Source: Octopus vulgaris
Lineage: Eukaryota
NCBI GenBank assembly: GCA_951406725.2
Contig: OX597835.1
Coordinates: forward strand, 15,500,001 to 15,564,000
Length of the DNA: 64,000 nucleotides
Direction of reading: 5' to 3'
This document shows positions 25,279-37,467 of the stretch, in pieces. A program made the translations under genes and the position numbers. Position 1 is the stretch's first letter; each line of letters opens with the position of its first letter. Under the pieces are notes generated by a model. It worked only from the letters and a program-made list of their open reading frames with translations. It ran no database searches and was not told the DNA's origin.

Positions 25279-27112
25279 ATGTTTGTGTGTCTGTGTTTGT
25301 CCCCCTAGCATTGCTTGACAACCGATGCTGGTGTGTTTACGTCCCCGTTACTTAGCGGTTCGGCAAAAGAGACCGATAGAATATGTACTGGGCTTACAAA
25401 AGAATAAGTCCCGGGGTCGAGTTGCTCGATTAAAGGCAGTGCTCCAGCATGGCCACAGTCAAATGACTGAAACAAGTATAAGAGTAAAGAGTAAACCCCT
25501 CTGTCTGTCTGCCTCTCTCTCTTTCTCTTATGCATGCTAGTATACAGTTGCTATGTCTTCATTTCATGTTGATCCCACCATACGTCACTTCATAAACCTT
25601 GCATTAAATCAATTATCATCATGATCCAGTGTCCGGTTTCCCATGCTTGCACGAGTCGGGCGGAATTTGTAGAGGCAGGTTTTGTTTTGGCCGGATGCCC
25701 TTGCTGTTGCTAACCCTCACCTATTTCCAAGCAAGGTAACATTTCTCTCATGGCCAAATACATCATCGCAGAATATTCGAAATAAAATAATACAGCTTGT
25801 GTGGCTGTCACACTCATTTTACTCAGTTACAACTATCACGTGATGTCAAGCCAAGAAGATACAAACATGGGCTTCATTCAGTTTCCGTTGACTGAAACAG
25901 TCACAAGGCCTTGGTCAGCCCCAGAACTATAGTAAAAGACACTTGCTCAAAGCAAAGCACCACGCAATGAGATTGAACTTGAAACCATTTAGTTGGGGGA
26001 AAAAAGCTGCTTAACCACACGGCTTATGTCAGAACCCTTGCTTGTGTCACAGCTCCTCAGCTTACTGTAGTCCAGATCATAACCCTGCAACAACAGCATA
26101 CACACACATCCAGCACAAACTTCCTGTAAAAAACATAAATCATCATTCATCATCATCATCATCGATTAACATCCTTCCATGCGAGCATGGGGTGGACAGT
26201 TCGACAGGAGCCAGCCAGGCAGAAACCTGCACCACATACTTCTGTGTCTGTTTTTGGCAGGGTTTTTATGGCTGGGTGCCCTTCCTAACACCAACCACTT
26301 TGCAGAGTGGGCTGAATGCTTTTTACATGGCGCCAGCACAGGCCAGGTCTGTTTTGGCATGGTTTTTACCATTGGATGCCCTTCCTAATGCCAACCACTT
26401 TACAGTGTGGACCAGATGCTTTTAAGTGGCACCAGCACTGGCAGGGTCACCAAATATCTTCGCAAAACAAGGAACATTTGAGAGGAGTGGAGGCATTGAA
26501 ACAAAGAGTTAATAAAAATACAAATAAGAAAATGAGATAACAAAGGAGTAAACGATTGTCTTATGAGCTAATGAAATTCATAAGATATTCATTTGGCTTA
26601 GTGGTTAGGGCATCCGGTTCACAATTGGTAAGGTCGTGAGTTCAATTCCCGGCGACGCGTTGTGTCCTTGAGCAAGACACTTTATTTCACGCTGCTCCAG
26701 TCCACTCAGCTGGCAAAAATGAATTGTACCTGTATTTCAAAGGGTCAGCCTTATCACACTCTGTGTCACGCTGAATCTCCCTGAGAACTGCGTTAGGGGT
26801 ACACATATCTATGGACTGCTCAGTCACTTGCACGTTAATTTCACGAGCAAGCTGTTCCGTTGATCATATCAGCTGGGACCCTTGTCGTCGTAACCGAAGG
26901 AGTGCTCCCTTTTTTTCCCCTTATTAAGACTTTGTTCTGAAGCCTATGTATATTTAGTTCTGCCCAAGGTTATTAGCCATGCAATGCCTAAACAAAATGT
27001 TGACATCCAAATATGTAGACATGTATATAGAGACAGAGACAGAGAAAGGTTTGTGCTGTTGTAACTGTTGTTGTCAATGGTAAATGTAACAAAACTGTTT
27101 CCACTTTTACAG

Positions 27113-27266
27113 GCAGCAAAGGATGTTTATGATATTTTACTGAAACGGTTCCGTAAAGAGAAGGATGTCTGGATTCACTTTGCCATATTTTGCTACAAAA
27201 ATGGTTTCTTGGAGCAAGGAAGGGAACTGATTGAGAAAGCTGTACAAGTCATCGACAAGAAAAATC
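27113..27266 (+). CDS. PDCD11: RRP5/PDCD11 exon 13 in window
   Basis: AAKDVYDILLKRFRKEKDVWIHFAIFCYKNGFLEQGRELIEKAVQVIDKKN; tacag|..|gtaagt; phase 0/1. Confidence 0.95.
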
Positions 27267-28051
27267 GTAAGTCTTGACATTTCAATCTCATGCATTTTTA
27301 TTTAGATACACACACACACACACATATATATATATTTCTTTACTACCCACAAGGGGCTAAACACAGAGAGGACAAACAAGGACAGACAAACGGATTAAGT
27401 CGATTATATGGACCCCAGTGCGTAACTGGTATTTAATTTATCGACCCCGAAATGATGAAAGGCAAAGTCGATCTCGGCGGAATTTGAACTCAGAACGTAA
27501 CGGCAGACGAAATACCGCTAAGTATTTCGCCCGGTGTGCTAACAATTCTGCCAGCTCGCCTCCTTCATTGATATATATATATCATTTAACATTCACTTTT
27601 CCATGTTTGCATGGGTCAGACAGAATTTATTAAGGTGGATTTTCTAGAGCTGGGTGCCTTTCCTGTCACCAACCCTCATGTGCTTCCCAGCAAGGTGATG
27701 TTTCCCAATGGCCAGGCATGCTTTACGCAACAGACTGGTTGCTCATTTACAGCTATCACACAATTTCAAGACAAGGGAAAACAAGCATATACACACCTAC
27801 ATATACACACATTCACACAATCACACGCACATGCAAATCCACTCACGAGGCTTTGACCAACCGAAGACTATATTAGAAAACACCTGCCTGCTCATTGGGA
27901 TTGAACCCAAAACTCTCCGGTTGGCAACCAAACTTCTTAACCACACAGCCACGTCTCCTTACATTCATTACAAATACAACCGACTTCACTAAAGTACTAA
28001 CAACAACTTCCACATCTCTCTTGACTATAAGATAAAAACAAAACAAGAGAT

Positions 28052-29574
28052 GCAGCACGGATTTTTGTCAGTGAACAGGTTGCGCCCTTAAAGCGACGAA
28101 AATATTTTGACAAATTAAACTTAAATGTTGAAGTGAATCGAACGGCTTTTGTGTGTTTCTTAAATGGCTTACAAACACCTTCCACGCTGCAATTGTATAT
28201 ATATATATATATATAAACCTTATTCAGCATGGATTTTTGTCAGTGAACAGGTCGTGGTCTTAAAGCAACGAAAATATTTTGACAAATTAAACTTAAATGT
28301 TGAAGTGAATCGAACGGCTTTTGTGTGTTTCTTAAATGGCTTACAAACACCTTCCACGCTGCAATTGTATATATATATATATATATATAAACCTTATTCA
28401 GCATGGATTTTTGTCAGTGAACAGGTCGTGGTCTTAAAGCGACGAAAATATTTTGACAAATTAAACTTAAATGTTGAAGTGAATCGAACGGCTTTTGTGT
28501 GTTTCTTAAATGGCTTACAAACACCTTCCACGCTGCAATTGTATATATATATATATATAAACCTTATTCAGCATGGATTTTTGTCAGTGAACAGGTCGCG
28601 GTCTTAAAGCAACAAAAATATTTTGACAAATTAAACTTAAATGTTGAAGTGAATCGAACGGCTTTTTGTGTGTTTCTTAAATGGCTTACAAACACCTTCC
28701 ACGCTGCAATTGTATATATATATATATATATAAACCTTATTCAGCATGGATTTTTGTCAGTGAACAGGTCGCGGTCTTAAAGCAACAAAAATATTTTGAC
28801 AAATTAAACTTAAATGTTGAAGTGAATCGAACGGCTTTTGTGTGTTTCTTAAATGGCTTACAAACACCTTCCACGCTGCAATTGTATATATATATATATA
28901 TATAAACCTTATTCAGCATGGATTTTTGTCAGTGAACAGGTCGTGGTCTTAAAGCGACGAAAATATTTTGACAAATTAAACTTAAATGTTGAAGTGAATC
29001 GAACGGCTTTTGTGTGTTTCTTAAATGGCTTACAAATACCTTCCACGCTGCAATTGTATATATATATATATATATAAACCTTATTCAGCATGGATTTTTG
29101 TCAGTGAACAGGTCGTGGTCTTAAAGCGACGAAAATATTTTGACAAATTAAACTTAAATGTTGAAGTGAATCGAACGGCTTTTGTGTGTTTCTTAAATGG
29201 CTTACAAACACCTTCCACGCTGCAATTGTATATATATATATATATATATAAACCTTATTCAGCATGGATTTTTGTCAGTGAACAGGTCGCGGCCTTAAAG
29301 CGACGAAAATATTTTGACAAATTAAACTTAAATGTTGAAGTGAATCGAACTGCTTTTGTGTGATTCTTAAATGGCTTACAAACACCTTCCACGCTGCAAT
29401 TGTATATATATATATATATATAAACCTTATTCAGCATGGATTTTTGTCAGTGAACAGGTCGTGGTCTTAAAGCGACGAAAATATTTTGACAAATTAAACT
29501 TAAATGTTGAAGTGAATCGAACGGCTTTTGTGTGTTTCTTAAATGGCTTACAAACACCTTCCACGCTGCAATTG
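28052..29574 (+). repeat. Nine-copy ~172 bp tandem array, each unit carrying a minimal type I hammerhead-like fold (G3-C8 core variant)
   Basis: Cores GTGAACA at 28071, 28243, 28417, 28587, 28760, 28932, 29104, 29278, 29450; units joined by variable (TA)n. Confidence 0.95.
29271..29321 (+). ncRNA. Best-formed hammerhead ribozyme candidate in the array (copy 8)
   Basis: stem I TTTGTCA/TGACAAA; core GUGAACA+G; stem II GUCGC/GCGAC; GAAA; palindromic stem III AAUAUU; predicted cut after U29314. Confidence 0.65.
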
Positions 29575-29693
29575 TTTTTGTTTCAGCACACGATCTCAGA
29601 TCAAATCACTTGCTATGCAAGTACATCTCCAAAATTTTTTTAAAATTCACTCAAACATCAAAAGAAAAAATAAAACTTTTGGTTCTTCTTCAG

Positions 29694-29859
29694 ATGTAAC
29701 ATTGGTTTCTAAAATTGCGCAGCTGGAATTTAAATACGGAGACACCCAGCGTGGTACGACGATATTTGAAAATATCATCAGTAATTACCCACGAAGAACA
29801 GACCTCTGGTCCATTTATATCGATATGGCAATGTCACTGGAGGATAAAGAACAAATCAG
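29694..29859 (+). CDS. PDCD11: RRP5/PDCD11 exon 14 in window
   Basis: HVTLVSKIAQLEFKYGDTQRGTTIFENIISNYPRRTDLWSIYIDM; ttcag|..|gtttga; phase 1/2. Confidence 0.96.
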
Positions 29860-30600
29860 GTTTGACATATTTTGCTCTTTATTTGTTGTTTAATCTTTAA
29901 ATATTTAATCCGACTATATCCAGTTTGAATATTCTTGTTTTATACTTTAATTAATGAAGTTAACATTTTCGTAAACAATTTGACTTTTAAGTTAACCCCT
30001 TACCCAACAATTATTTTGAAAATAAATGTATTTTTTCAGACATATTTTTTAATTGTTTTATTTTACTATGTTTTGAATGGTGATTTCGAGGTATATTTCA
30101 AACCTTATTTATTATGAATTTTAATTCAATAATATTGATTTTAAATTACCGCTTTGGGCAGAAACGAGTTAACCCGTTTTTAGACGAAGGAACTCGTTTG
30201 CTGTCGATTTTGACGAGTTAACTCGCCAGATAGAAAAAAACGATTTCGGTCAAAACGAATATATTCGTTTCTGCTGGGTAAGGGGTTAACTTCAGAAATA
30301 ATTATTGGACTAATTAGCTTCAATTGAATTGAAGTTAACAGATTTTATAGTTTTGGTACTTTTTAAAGGTGTTTAGATGTGGTTTTAAAGCAAAAACTGA
30401 TTTTTTAATTATTTTCTATAATAAAAATTAACGTTAACAGTTTATCCATAATTTCCGTTACATTAGGAAATAATTAACTGATTAACAGTTATCAAAGTTA
30501 ACTTTTTGGTTAACAGATTAACAGTTAACTTTTCATTTAATGGCATCCACCTTTGGTTATTTTACATTAATTTCTCTTTCTTTTCTGACAATTCTTTCAG

Positions 30601-30757
30601 GCATCTCTTTCAACGAGTAACAAACCTGAGGCTTTCCTCTCGCAAAATGAAATTTTTCTACAAGCGTTATTTAGACTTTGAAGAGAAGAGCGGTGACCAA
30701 GAAAGCCAAGAGGCTGTGCGCGAGAAAGCAAAGCAATACGTAAATGAACTGGGTTGA
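30601..30757 (+). CDS. PDCD11: RRP5/PDCD11 terminal coding exon
   Basis: HLFQRVTNLRLSSRKMKFFYKRYLDFEEKSGDQESQEAVREKAKQYVNELG*; candidate AATAAA at 30934. Confidence 0.96.
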
Positions 30758-31094
30758 GCTGCTGTCACAGTAATTCCATTCATTGTTTGTAGATATTTCA
30801 TCACAGCAACAAAGTCATGAAAAATAAGTGTTGCTCGAAGCAGGATGGAGGGGAAGGATCTGATGCTGTTGGTATGGACATTTGGCACCAGATTTAAAAA
30901 AAAAAAAAAACAGACACAAAACAAAAGAAAGAGAATAAAATAAATATCTGAAGTCAAATTTTTGTTTTTGTTTTTTTGAAAACAGGTTTGGTTTAAGGGT
31001 GGGAAGGGCACCCAACTGTAAAACAGCTCAATTTGTGTGTGTGTATGTATGTATGTATGTATGTGCGTGTGTGTATGTATATATATATATATAA

Positions 31095-31125
<31 letters not shown>

Positions 31126-31301
31126 AACACACACACATAGGTGCAGACATGGTTGTGTGGTAAGAAGTTTGCTTGCTTCCCAACCACATGGTTCCAGGTT
31201 CAGTCCCACATAGCACCTTGAGTAAATGTCTTTTACTATAACTTTGGGCTGGCCAAAGTCTTGTGAGTGGATATGGTAGACAGAAACTGAGAGAAGTCTG
31301 T

Positions 31302-31336
<35 letters not shown>

Positions 31337-31796
31337 TTGTCCCTCACCACTGTATGACAACCGGTGTTGGTCTGTTTACGTCCCCACAACTTAGTAGTTC
31401 GGCAAAAAGAGACCAATAGAACAAGTGCTAGGCTTTGAAAAAAAAAAGTCTTGGGGGTCGACTTGTTTCACTAAAATCCTTTAAAGCAATGCCCCAGCAT
31501 GGCCACAGCCAAATGACTGAAACAAGTAAAAGATAAGATATATACATATGTGTATCTCTTTGTCTTTGTTCTCCACCATTACTTGGCAAGCAAAGTTGGT
31601 TTGTTTGTGTCCCTCATAACTTAGCTGTATAGCAAAAGTGATCAATAAAGTACCAGGGTTAAAATATAAGTACTGGTATTGATTTGTTTTACTAAACCCT
31701 TTAAGGCAGTGCTCCAGCATGACCACAATCTAATGACAAGTAAAAAATAAAAGAAAAAAAATAGTTAACCACCATTAGTAATCCTGTTTGTCTGCA

Positions 31797-32701
31797 TTAT
31801 TTACATTTGACGGATATTTGTCCTCATCTTGTTTGTTGTTAACACGTTTCGGCTGATACCCCCCCCCCCAGCCTTCATTAGGTGTCTTGGGGAAATTTCA
31901 AACTTGGGTTCTCATTCCTAAGGTTTTTTCAATATTATAATTATTATTGAGTGAGAGGGCAGTGCATGCCATCAAAGTGACACTGGGGTAAAATATACGA
32001 AGCCCAGTATACCCGTCTGATAAGGGTACACCAGGCACATGCATCACAACCATATGTGCGCGACATGATGATCTCATATCAAGATAAACAGCACATGACC
32101 TTGTAGGTGGGCCCCAGTTAGAATTTTCTTCAGGTTGAGTAGCCCATCCTGCTCAAAAGGTCCCTGAGTAAGGGTTGTTTAAGGATGTTGAACGAAACAC
32201 CCATGTTTCCAGAGGTGAATTATTCAAACCCCAAAGAATCCCTCTCAACACATGGCTATGATGCTCCCCCACTACTTCTGCCCATGATCAGAGATGCACA
32301 TATCGTCAGCCACTGAGGGACATGCTCAACTGGTTATGGTCAAACAACTGACAAGCAAATCTGTGGTATTGAGCAGAATATTTGCTGTAGCCCATCTTTT
32401 ATACCAAGACATTATAATTATTATTATTATTCAGGTCACTGCCTGGGGCATATGGCGTAGTGGTTAAGAGCGCGGGCTACTAACTCCAGGATTCCGAGTT
32501 CAATTCCAAGCAGTGATCTGAATAATAATATCAAAAAATACCTTAGGAATGAGAACCTAAGTTTGAAATTTCCCCAAGACACCTGATGAAGGCTGGAGGG
32601 TATATCAGCTGAAACATTATGTTAACAACAAATAAGATGAGGACAAATATCCGTCAAATGTAAATAATGAACATAATTCCTCATCTCTTGAATATAGAAC
32701 T
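31797..32701. mobile_element. Second inverted dimer of the same hammerhead SINE, with a nested retroelement fragment at 31949-32410
   Basis: Same arms as 42275-42718; nested insert flanked by duplicated ATTATAATTATTATT and related to window positions 1-95 (opposite strand). Confidence 0.7.
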
Positions 32702-33588
32702 CTACTGATTGTCTGTTTGAGATAATCTCCCTTATGTCAGTTGTTCTTCAACTTGTATATTTTGAGGGAATGAATTGTACCTGATGGACAGAACCACAGA
32801 GATTTTTAGCATGGGACAGAGGAGTAAAGGCTGATCTCAAAACGTGGAACCTTATGAAGGAGATGATAGAGTACTTGAGAAGACCTGCCCACTGCAACAG
32901 AATTGAGATTCTAAACCAAGGTTCCATTTAAAAAGCATGGTGTGGCTGCTGGTACCATGTAAAAAGCACCCAGTACACTCTGTAAAGTAGTTGGAATTTG
33001 GAAGAGCATCCAGCCATAGAAACCAAGCCAAAACAGACAATGGAACCCGATGTGGCCCCTGGCCTTGCTAGTGCATATGTCAACCGTACAGATCACAGAT
33101 TTGTGGTCTGTGTAGCTGAGAACTTTGAGCTGTTGCATTTAGGCTTGAACATGCAGTTCAACCCCTGTGTATTTATGAATGTACATATATATGAAAGATA
33201 ACAGATGTACATGTGAGCACCCACAAAGTAAAACAGAGGGTAGCATGCACACATGCACATACACACCTATGTACACCCATTGTCTTTCAGGTGCAGTCCC
33301 AGGAAGTTTTCGAAGGGAGGGCACAAGGTCAGAAGGGAATACCATTCCAGGAGAAAAGGGTTAATAACATAATTTAGAAGGGTACACTTCTTTTCTAGAG
33401 GGGAGGGCACGTGCCCCTCAGGCCACCTCTTAAGTCCGTCCTTGTCTTTCATATACACATACATACACGGTGTGGGTGAGCTTCACTATTCAAGTCATGA
33501 ATATGGAAGTCACCAAAGTAAATATATAAAAAAATTTCATGGAAATTACCAATTATTACAAGTCTGAGAGCGAAAACGAGGGATTGCC

Positions 33589-33625
<37 letters not shown>

Positions 33626-33653
33626 AAAAAAGCAACAAGAATGGATTAAAATC

Positions 33654-33737
33654 TTGGTACAATTGTTTCGTACGAGGACATCTTTAATAAGCTACAAAAA
33701 ATGCAGTAAATATAGATGGCTCGTACTCGTCAGCCGA
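33654..33737 (-). ncRNA. Type I hammerhead ribozyme motif with long loop II
   Basis: minus strand: cgg-CTGACGA-GTACGAG-(43 nt)-CTCGTAC-GAAA-CAATTG-TA-ccaa; 7 bp stem II, GUA site, short imperfect stem I. Confidence 0.65.
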
Positions 33738-34324
33738 AAAAACATCAGAGATTCCCAAACATGAAAAGGGGTAGATACAAATGAGGGTATAAGTTTAACT
33801 GCATTGAAGAAAGTTCGATTCCTGGAGATCTGATGAAAGGTCTTGAACTTACAGAATTTGTGCATGTCCATATATAGCTCATAGTGAATTGTTAATCAAG
33901 TTATGTGAAGAAATTTTGGATACAGTCATGCGAAATTTCTGAGAATCCGAGTAAGAAGCAAAGTGACTGTCATAACAATCTGTTCCTCTACACGATATGA
34001 CAATCGCAGACGAAATACCTATTTCTTTATTACCCACAAGGGGCTAAACATAGAGGGGACAAACAAGGACAGGCATAGGTATTAAGTCGGTTACATCGAC
34101 CCCAGTTCGTAACTGGTACTTATTTAATCGACCCCGAAATGATGAAAGGCAAAGTCGACCTCGGCGGAATTTGAACTCAGAACGTAGCGGCAGACGAAAT
34201 ACTGCTAAGCATTTCGCCCGTCGTGCTAATGATTCTGCCAACTCGAAGCCTTAAACGAATATATAGTGCGTGTGTTTATTTACCCCCACCCCACAAAATG
34301 ACCGTCCCGAAATACAACAATATA

Positions 34325-34825
34325 TCTTTATATATAAAAGTGAAGTTGTGTGTCTGTCTCCTACGATTCAGATTCCTAATTACTCCCACATTTTGCGGTG
34401 CAGTTTAACCAAAACCGGGTATCTTATAGTCGTGATTCATATCGAGCCCTTCTGGGTACTAGCGCACGTCTACGATGAGTCTACGATTTAAAAAATAATT
34501 TACCATAATTTTTTTCCATTTTAATGCATTTTTTCGCTATTATATAAGGGTAGTAACTCTCTAAAAATGTCTATGATGAGTCAACGATTTTTAAAAAATT
34601 TACCATCATTTCTTTCCCATTTTTAATGCATTTTTTCGCTATTATATAAGGGAAGTAATTCTCTAAAAATGTCTACGATGAGTCAACGATTTAAAAAAAA
34701 ATTTACCATAATTTATTTTCCATTTTTAATGCATTTTTTTGCTAATTTTTTGGCTATAACTCTCTAAAAATGCTTATATAGTTATTTCCCTTACAAACCC
34801 GAGCAACGCCGGGCGATACTGCTAG
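34325..34825 (+). mobile_element. Non-autonomous Helitron, complete copy
   Basis: 5' TC, 3' hairpin + CTAG, inserted between A and T; same family as 14172-15497. Confidence 0.88.
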
Positions 34826-34951
34826 TATATTATATTTGTAGAGCTATCTTTCTGAACATCGCGATAGTGGTGAGGTTTTCTTTTTTTCTTTTCTCTTTCG
34901 TTTCTAATTAAAAGTCAATTTCGTAATTCCTTAGTTACTTCCCTTGTTAAC

Positions 34952-35040
34952 ATGGCGAAGTTCCTCGATTCCCGGTTTTTACCAATTTTCTGTCGTTTAT
35001 CTCACAGAATTTATCGAAACTCCTTCAGATCTGTTTTACA
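34952..35040 (+). CDS. MRPS31: MRPS31 exon 1 (mitochondrial targeting peptide-like)
   Basis: aacATGGCG start; MAKFLDSRFLPIFCRLSHRIYRNSFRSVL is Arg/Ser/Leu-rich; CA|gtaagt; phase matches exon 2. Confidence 0.8.
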
Positions 35041-36419
35041 GTAAGTTTCAGTTTTTCCCCCAGGTATATACTAAATATATGCCTACCTGTCGTCTTGACA
35101 CGCCTTCTTTAATTCCTTCAGGTATTTCAAATGTAAAACCATAAGTAACCTTGAAAATGTTTTTGCTTAACAGAGAAAGTTGTCTTTAAATATATCCGAT
35201 GCTTTCTCGTTTAAAATTTCGATATTTTTTCTTAATTTAACATTTTAAAGAATAAAATATAAACAAAATTTGATTCTATCTGTATGTCCTGTTAATTTTA
35301 GAAAATTTTACCTGAAATATAACTCAATTATTTTACCTGTTAAACTTATCGGATGAACTGAGCCAGACTTTGTTTCCTCATAAGATTCAGAAAAATAGAT
35401 ATTTTATAATGAAAATTTATACAAATACCTTTCAAATGGTGTAGATTACAATTATAGCGGAATTTAATGTAAAAAGAAAATTGGTGGGGACTTATATATA
35501 TATATATACTCATACATATCACTTAATTTTTGTATTGATATAGATGTGATGTGTGTCAGTAAGAATGTCTACGCGCCTATTAATTTTCCGTATTAGAATT
35601 CGATACCATCGTAATATACACTATCCGAAAGGTATTGGTAGAAAATTTCATTAAAAAATATTCATTCTTATAAAAGTTATGAAGAAACGAAATCAGTGGG
35701 GCACACTTGTGTATGTATGCCAATGTTTAGATTTCTTTGTGTGTGTGTGTGTGTTTTCCTTTTAAAATAGAAAACAAAAATGTATTTTTATTATTATTAT
35801 TATTATTATTTATTATTAAATGAAGAGAGTAAAATATACTTTATGCTTTATATTTGAGACAGTATTTGAGGTGCAACACATCTTTATTTGGTCGCTAGGT
35901 ATCTCAGATTTGTACAACGTTTATCCGAATAAAAGACACGTGTTTTCTGCAGGGTTTTTAATATTACGATAATGTCTATAATATTCCTTTATTTTCCATT
36001 ATTTTAAAGTCGAATACTTAAAAGAAAACACCTAATTTTATCTAACATTTTATCTAACATTTGCTGACTCTATAAGTAAACAACGACTTTCTTCCATAGA
36101 AGCGACAAATTATATCCTTCACCCAATTAACAAAATACTACGATTAATTAAACCGCGTTAATTACTATGTTATTGTATATTTTATACAAGACAGAAAGCT
36201 GCTAATCTCAGTATTTTTGTAGACGTTTAGTTATTTATTCTATTCATAAAGTGTAAATAATAATAATAATACGTTATGGGAGACAATGAGGGAACCTGTC
36301 GTTGCTGAGACTAATGAAATTAACTTCATTACCATTTTATGCTATATTTTATAAAAAATATTAGACTTAGAATTTTTGTGGAGTTCAGCATGTTTGTATA
36401 TGGTCCCTCTTTGGCGGAG

Positions 36420-36647
36420 GTAAGCTGGCAGAAACGTTAGCACGCCGGGCGAAATACTTAACGATATTTCGTCTGCCGTTACGTTCTGAGTTCAAATTCC
36501 GCCGAGGTCGACTTTGCCTTTCATCCTTTCGGGGTCGATAAATTAAGTACCAGTTACGCACTGGGGTCGATGTAATCGACTTAATACCTATGTCTGTCCT
36601 TGTTTGTCCCCTCTGTGTTTAGCCCCTTGTGGGCAATAAAGAAATAG
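36420..36647 (+). mobile_element. tRNA-derived SINE family B, representative copy
   Basis: AGCTGGCAGAAACGTTAGC...GAGTTCAAATTCC...GCCTTTCATCCTTTCGGGGTCGATAAA; other copies near 2583, 8810, 12093, 27335(-), 34018(-), 61313(-). Confidence 0.85.
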
Positions 36648-36807
36648 GTAAAGAATACGTACACCACCCATTTTCGGTGCAACAAAAACCCTAATCCTAA
36701 CCCCAACACCGGGTGTACGTATTCATTACTTTCGCCCACCTCTTTTGTATCGAAGATCTTTGATTACGTTCATGCTTCGATAAGTTTACCGAATATTTTA
36801 TGAAAGA

Positions 36808-37226
36808 CTAGCAGTATCGCCCGGCGTTGCTCGGGTTTGTAAGGGAAATAACTTTATAAGCATTTTTCGAGAGTTATAGCCAAAATATAGCAAAAAAATG
36901 CATTAAAAATGGGAAAAAAATGACGGTAATTTTTTTTTTAAATCGTTGACTCTTCGTAGACATTTTTAGAGAGTTACTTCCCTTATATAATAGCGAAAAA
37001 TGCATTAAAATGGAAAAAAATGATGGTAAATTATTTTTTAAATCGTAGACTCATCGTAGACGCGCGCTAATACCCAGAAGGGCTTGATATGAATCACGAC
37101 TATAAGATACCCGCTTTTGGTTAAACTGCACTGCAAAATTTGGGAGTTGTTAGGAATCAGACAGCACACAACCTCTCTTTTACGTAGAAGACAGACAGCA
37201 CACAACCTCTCTTTTATATATAAAGA
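36808..37226 (-). mobile_element. Non-autonomous Helitron, minus-strand copy in MRPS31 intron 1
   Basis: CTAGCAGTATCGCCCGGCGTTGCTCGGG ... TTTTATATATAAAGA is the reverse complement of the family ends. Confidence 0.85.
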
Positions 37227-37347
37227 TTTATTAAATACGTTTCAAGCTTTCTTTCTTTTTTTATCATTTTTCGTTGTCTGCTTTGGTTTCGTCGGATTAA
37301 ATTTATTAACTGTCGTTTTAATTATATCGTAAAATGATTGTTTTCAG

Positions 37348-37467
37348 ATTGCAGCAACAGCAAACCCATCTATCTAAATGCAAAGCTCGGCACCTTTGCT
37401 TAAGTCCTGTTTTACAAAAAGAAAATCGAAACAAAATTTCTGACAAAGAAGAAGATACACCAAAAAA
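37348..37467 (+). CDS. MRPS31: MRPS31 exon 2
   Basis: ttcag|A...AA|gtaagt; LQQQQTHLSKCKARHLCLSPVLQKENRNKISDKEEDTPK; phase 2/2. Confidence 0.8.

Noticed and set aside
28052-29574. CRISPR array or repeat-protein gene (ORFs MAYKHLPRCNC..., YFDKLNLNVEVNRTAF)
   Set aside because: No unique spacers, no cas genes, eukaryotic intron; ORF frames shift with (TA)n length
30667-31416. 249 aa minus-strand ORF overlapping the RRP5 last exon
   Set aside because: Made of SINE, (TA)n/(CA)n microsatellite and antisense of the real exon
36648-36730. Telomere-like CCCTAATCCTAACCCC inside a short inverted repeat
   Set aside because: Only two to three degenerate units within a small MITE-like hairpin; not an interstitial telomere
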